A stretch of DNA of 64,000 nt, taken from the NCBI GenBank assembly GCA_963849735.1, contig CAWKJE010000073.1:166859-230858 (forward strand). The letters are read 5' to 3'. A model generated the notes under the pieces. That model was not told where the DNA came from. It saw nothing but the letters and a program-made list of their open reading frames with translations, and did no database searches. A program made the translations under genes and the position numbers. This document shows, one piece after another, positions 60,496 to 64,000 of the stretch (the stretch's first letter is position 1; each line of letters begins with the position of its first letter). This stretch comes from an uncultured delta proteobacterium. GTDB lineage: Bacteria > Myxococcota_A > Polyangia > Fen-1088.

Positions 60496-60735
60496 ATGTC
60501 CCAACACTCATCCCACTCATCCCACTCATCCCACGCTTCCCACCAATCCCAACAACAGGCCATCTCCGACAAGGAACAAACGACTCTCCTCGGGCCGGTG
60601 AGCCATGTCTCCCACAAGGACATCGCCAAGCGGGCATTCGCCATGTTTGAGGCGCGCGGATCCACTCATGGATCGGATGTGCAGGATTGGCTATCTGCGA
60701 ACCAGGAATTGATCGCCGAAAGGCAATCGAGCTGA
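60496..60735 (+). CDS. DUF2934 domain small protein, copy 2, His/Ser-repeat N-terminus
   Basis: IAKRAFAMFEARGSTHGSDVQDWLSANQELIAER; 9-bp CACTCATCC repeats at 60505-60549. Confidence 0.8.
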   Translation: MSQHSSHSSHSSHASHQSQQQAISDKEQTTLLGPVSHVSHKDIAKRAFAMFEARGSTHGSDVQDWLSANQELIAERQSS

Positions 60736-60975
60736 CCTGCCCGGTCCGTGATTCCGCCGCAGCTCTTCCGCCACCTCCCGATCCACGCGTCCGGCGTAGC
60801 GTCTCGCGCTAGCATTGCCAGGGATCTTCCCGTCGTCCCGGACCGGTTAGCGAGGTGCGGCAGGATCGACGTGTCGCCAAGTCACGCTAATCTCGGTCGC
60901 CCCGCCTCGCGCACGAAATAGGAGCGCGAATCACGACGGTAGCGACGGCGCACGAAAGTCGGCAGACTGTCGGCA

Positions 60976-62106
60976 ATGCAGTACCGTTCGTTTCCCAAGG
61001 TCCCCGACCTTCCCATCTCGACGCTGGGATTCGGGTGCATGCGTCTGCCCACCGTGGGCGGGAATCCGGCGCACATCGAGGAGGAAGTCGCCACGCGCCT
61101 CATCCACCAGGCAATCGACGCGGGCGTGAACTACTTCGATACGGCCTGGCCCTATCACGGCCAGCAGAGCGAGCCATTTCTCGGTCGTGCCCTCAAGGGC
61201 CGGCGCCACCAGGTGCGGTTGGCGACCAAGCTGCCTGTGTGGATGGTCGAGCAGGAGAGCGACTGGGAGCGCTTCATTGATCAGCAGTTGGTCAAGCTGG
61301 ATACACAGCGGATCGATTTCTATATGCTGCACGGCTTGGCGGCCGGGACATGGGACAAGGTCAAGAATCTGCGCGGCTTGTGTGCCCTGGAACGCGCTAG
61401 GGCCGACGGGCGAATCGGTCACCTAGGTTTTTCATTTCATGGCTCGCCCGACGCTTTCCGCAGCATCGTCGACGGCTTCGCCTGGGAGTTCTGCCTGATC
61501 CAGCTGAACTACCTCGACCAGCAGTACCAGGCCGGCCTTGACGGACTGCGCTACGCCGAGAGCCGCAAGGTGGGAGTGGTGGTCATGGAAGCTCTGCGGG
61601 GCGGAGCCCTGGCCAATGTTCCGCCCGCCGTGGAACGCATCTGGGCGATGTCGCCTCGCCGCTGGTCGTCCGCGGAATGGGCCCTGCGTTGGGTGTGGGA
61701 TCTGCCCGGCGTGGTGAGCGTCATCTCGGGCATGAACGCCACCGCCCAGCTCGAGGAGAACCTGCGCCTTGCCAGCCAACGCGTGTCGCTCGACACCGAC
61801 GACCGCGCGCTGGTCGATGAGGTGGCGCGCTTCTTCCACGCACGCATGCCCGTTCCTTGCACCACCTGCGGTTACTGCACGCCTTGCCCCTCCGGCGTTG
61901 CTATCCCGGACGTCCTATCGACCTACAACACGGCCTCGATGTTCGAGAATCAGGCCAGTCCGCGCTTTGCCTACCATGCCTTCATGGTGAAGGCCGGCAG
62001 CGGCGCCGACCAGTGCACCGCATGCGCCGAGTGCGAGCCCAAGTGTCCGCAGAACATCCCGATCATCGAGATGCTGGCCAAAGCCCACTGCCACCTCACC
62101 AGCTAG
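60976..62106 (+). CDS. aldo/keto reductase with C-terminal 4Fe-4S domain
   Basis: LGFGCMRLP, YFDTAWPYH, ATKLP, GFSFH, CTTCGYCTPCP and CTACAECEPKCPQ. Confidence 0.92.
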   Translation: MQYRSFPKVPDLPISTLGFGCMRLPTVGGNPAHIEEEVATRLIHQAIDAGVNYFDTAWPYHGQQSEPFLGRALKGRRHQVRLATKLPVWMVEQESDWERFIDQQLVKLDTQRIDFYMLHGLAAGTWDKVKNLRGLCALERARADGRIGHLGFSFHGSPDAFRSIVDGFAWEFCLIQLNYLDQQYQAGLDGLRYAESRKVGVVVMEALRGGALANVPPAVERIWAMSPRRWSSAEWALRWVWDLPGVVSVISGMNATAQLEENLRLASQRVSLDTDDRALVDEVARFFHARMPVPCTTCGYCTPCPSGVAIPDVLSTYNTASMFENQASPRFAYHAFMVKAGSGADQCTACAECEPKCPQNIPIIEMLAKAHCHLTS

Positions 62107-62453
62107 CCCGTCGACACGGTCGACGCTTCCGTTTCGCGCACCACGCGGACGTGACACGAGGTTAGATGCTACCCACGTCCCCGATTCGACGCACCTTGTC
62201 TGGACCTGCTTTGGCCCCCGAGCTTTCGCCATGGTCGCGGTGGACCTTTCCAAACCGGCGTCGGTTGTGCTATCTCTGCGCGATATTTCGGGGCAACTTA
62301 GGCAGAGAATAGGCAGAGCCGATGCGCTGGGGCTTGTCTTCTCCTCAGCCGAGAAGATACGTTGGGGGCTGGCGGTTGAGCGGCGCTATTGTCGGCACCG
62401 GAAGGGCAGAGAGGCACCCTCCGAGATGTCGACCAGACGAAGGGAGCTAGACG

Positions 62454-62825
62454 ATGGGGAATCCAGCTGCTCGAGTTGGAGACATGCACATGTGCCCGAT
62501 GGTGACACCGGGCACGCCGCCTATCCCTCATCTCGGCGGACCCATTCCCGTGGGCTGCCCCACCGTGCTGATCGGGGGCATGCCAGCCGCACGCGTGGGG
62601 GATCTTGCGATTTGCGTCGGTCCGCCAGCCACCGTTGTCATGGGGTCTCCCACCGTGCTGATTGGGGGCTTGATGGCCGCGCGGATGGGCGACCCGACCG
62701 CACATGGCGGCATGATCGCGGTTGGGCTTCCTACCGTGCTGATCGGCGAGGTTGGCAGCGGTCAGGCTGACGCTCTCAAGCAAGCCGCCGTCACCGGCTC
62801 GCCATTTTGCGATCACTGTTCGTGA
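62454..62825 (+). CDS. PAAR-domain spike tip protein (T6SS/CIS)
   Basis: PAARVGDMHMCP, PAARVGD, AARMGDPTAHGG, C-terminal PFCDHC. Confidence 0.93.
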   Translation: MGNPAARVGDMHMCPMVTPGTPPIPHLGGPIPVGCPTVLIGGMPAARVGDLAICVGPPATVVMGSPTVLIGGLMAARMGDPTAHGGMIAVGLPTVLIGEVGSGQADALKQAAVTGSPFCDHCS

Positions 62826-62829
62826 ATTC

Positions 62830-63804
62830 TTGAGCGCGTTGCTGACTCTTCTGACTGGTCCCCATGCGGGGAGAGCCGTCTCGCTCGAACCGGGACACAC
62901 GTTGACCGTGGGGCGGATCAAGCGCACGAATGGGCTACATGTGGCCGATCGATGGATGGCTCCCATCCATTTCTCGATCGAGTACCTGGGAACCGAAGCC
63001 GTCGTCCGCGACTTGAGCGCAAAAGTACAGAAGCACACCCGATGTGCGCGTCAGTGTTTCCTTGCCGACCTTCGCAACGCCCCGTGTACCGAAGGACTGT
63101 GCGCCATGCACGACCGCAGCGGCGACCTAGGCCTCTACATCAATCGGGTGCGGGTTCGCGAGGCGATGCTGCGCCATGGGGATGCCATCGTCGCCGGTAG
63201 GAGCTGCCTTCTTTTCACGACGGCGGAGCATGCTCTCGCCGCGGCTCCGGGCGCCAGTTCGGGCATCGAGTCGGTCCTGACCCCCGAAGCTCAAATGCGC
63301 GTGCTATCTTACATGGCTCAGTTGCAAGCGCCCCTGTTTGCTATCGTTGATGCTGCTCGCTCCCCGGAATGTCTGGCAGCGCTCGCCGTACACGAGGAAA
63401 TCTACTACTCGCTCTACGACGGTGCCGAAGGGGCCAAGCTCGACGAGGTTGCTCCGTACCTGGTCGAGCTCCCCGTGGGATCGCCGCTTTTGGCAACGCT
63501 CGTACGCGAGCATTGGGGGCAATCGGCCTTGTCGTTTCTGGCGGCGCAGGCCGACTTCAAGCTCTTGCGACGTCATCTTCGCCATTTCTTGATGGTTGAA
63601 AACGAGCAGAGGCGCCTCATGTACTTTCGATTCTACGATCCTCGCGTGCTCGGGATATTTTTGCCCTCCTGTACGCCGCGCGAACTGAAGGAGTTTTTCG
63701 GGCCGATCCAGGCCTTTCTAGTAGAAGCCCAGGACAAGGCAATGGCTTGGCGATTCACCCGGAAGTACAGTAATGTTCTTCGCCAGGATCTCATCAGTCT
63801 GTGA
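62830..63804 (+). CDS. FHA domain + DUF4123 (T6SS effector chaperone) fusion
   Basis: FHA-like N-terminus (TVGR, HF.I, V.DL, G.YIN..RV….LRHGD.I.AG) and DUF4123 motifs (AIVDAAR, SLY.G, APYLVEL, FRFYDPRVL). Confidence 0.85.
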   Translation: MSALLTLLTGPHAGRAVSLEPGHTLTVGRIKRTNGLHVADRWMAPIHFSIEYLGTEAVVRDLSAKVQKHTRCARQCFLADLRNAPCTEGLCAMHDRSGDLGLYINRVRVREAMLRHGDAIVAGRSCLLFTTAEHALAAAPGASSGIESVLTPEAQMRVLSYMAQLQAPLFAIVDAARSPECLAALAVHEEIYYSLYDGAEGAKLDEVAPYLVELPVGSPLLATLVREHWGQSALSFLAAQADFKLLRRHLRHFLMVENEQRRLMYFRFYDPRVLGIFLPSCTPRELKEFFGPIQAFLVEAQDKAMAWRFTRKYSNVLRQDLISL

Positions 63805-63814
63805 GCGTGCCACG

Positions 63815-64000
63815 ATGATCATCAGGAATGCACGGATTCTGCCCACGAGGGTCGTGGTCTCGGACTGGCCGCCCGATGAGCCGTTCCTGTCCGTCATCCT
63901 CAAGGCGACGTTTGCACTTGAATCCTCGCCGACATGCGCGCGCCTTTCCCCGAAGCAACTGCCGATCCTGGAGTGTGATGTCCCGTGGTATGCGGAATCG
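63815..64000 (+). CDS. DUF2169 family T6SS accessory protein, 3'-truncated by window edge
   Basis: MIIRN…FLSVILKATFAL…Q.PI..CD, the typical DUF2169 N-terminus; follows the PAAR and DUF4123 genes. Confidence 0.65.
   Translation, partial: MIIRNARILPTRVVVSDWPPDEPFLSVILKATFALESSPTCARLSPKQLPILECDVPWYAES

Noticed and set aside
34750..60900. Mobile genomic island, or tLST/locus of heat resistance
   Set aside because: No integrase, transposase, tRNA or flanking direct repeats were seen. The tLST markers (clpK, yfdX, kefB, trx) are absent. The lower GC is only a visual impression.

Overview
GC-rich bacterial chromosome segment. Gene content and codon style suggest Myxococcota, probably Polyangia-like (inference). 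(1) 1-23.5 kb, housekeeping: partial dacB, metK, hisB-H-A-F, an argH/HEAT-repeat/degenerate-Fic unit, and a truncated dcw cluster (rsmH-ftsL-ftsI-murE-murF-mraY-murD-ftsW-murG). The cluster has no mraZ upstream and no murC/ftsQAZ downstream, and ftsI carries a +1 frameshift at about 14405. (2) 23.5-34.7 kb: rubrerythrin, two transglutaminase-family genes (one fused to DUF2126), a DUF3015-DUF4105 pair, a DUF481 barrel and an EF-hand-like membrane protein. (3) About 34.8-60.8 kb: an accessory stress/storage block with Zn-ADH, VIT1, 2x DUF2934, 2x PRC-barrel, 2x glgP, pgm, YihY, AI-2E, cls, a WXXGXW protein, orphan dnaK, OYE, a MlaF-like ATPase, Hsp20, small unknown ORFs, and transketolase and L,D-transpeptidase relics. 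Almost every transcription unit in this block is preceded by a correctly oriented sigma54 (-24/-12, GG-N10-GC) motif, often in back-to-back pairs. This is the main candidate for an undescribed system. (4) 61-64 kb: an aldo/keto reductase and the start of a T6SS effector-delivery cluster (PAAR, FHA-DUF4123, DUF2169). Several short tandem repeats occur. No rRNA, tRNA, CRISPR, integrase or IS was recognised. All calls were made by eye, without database searches.
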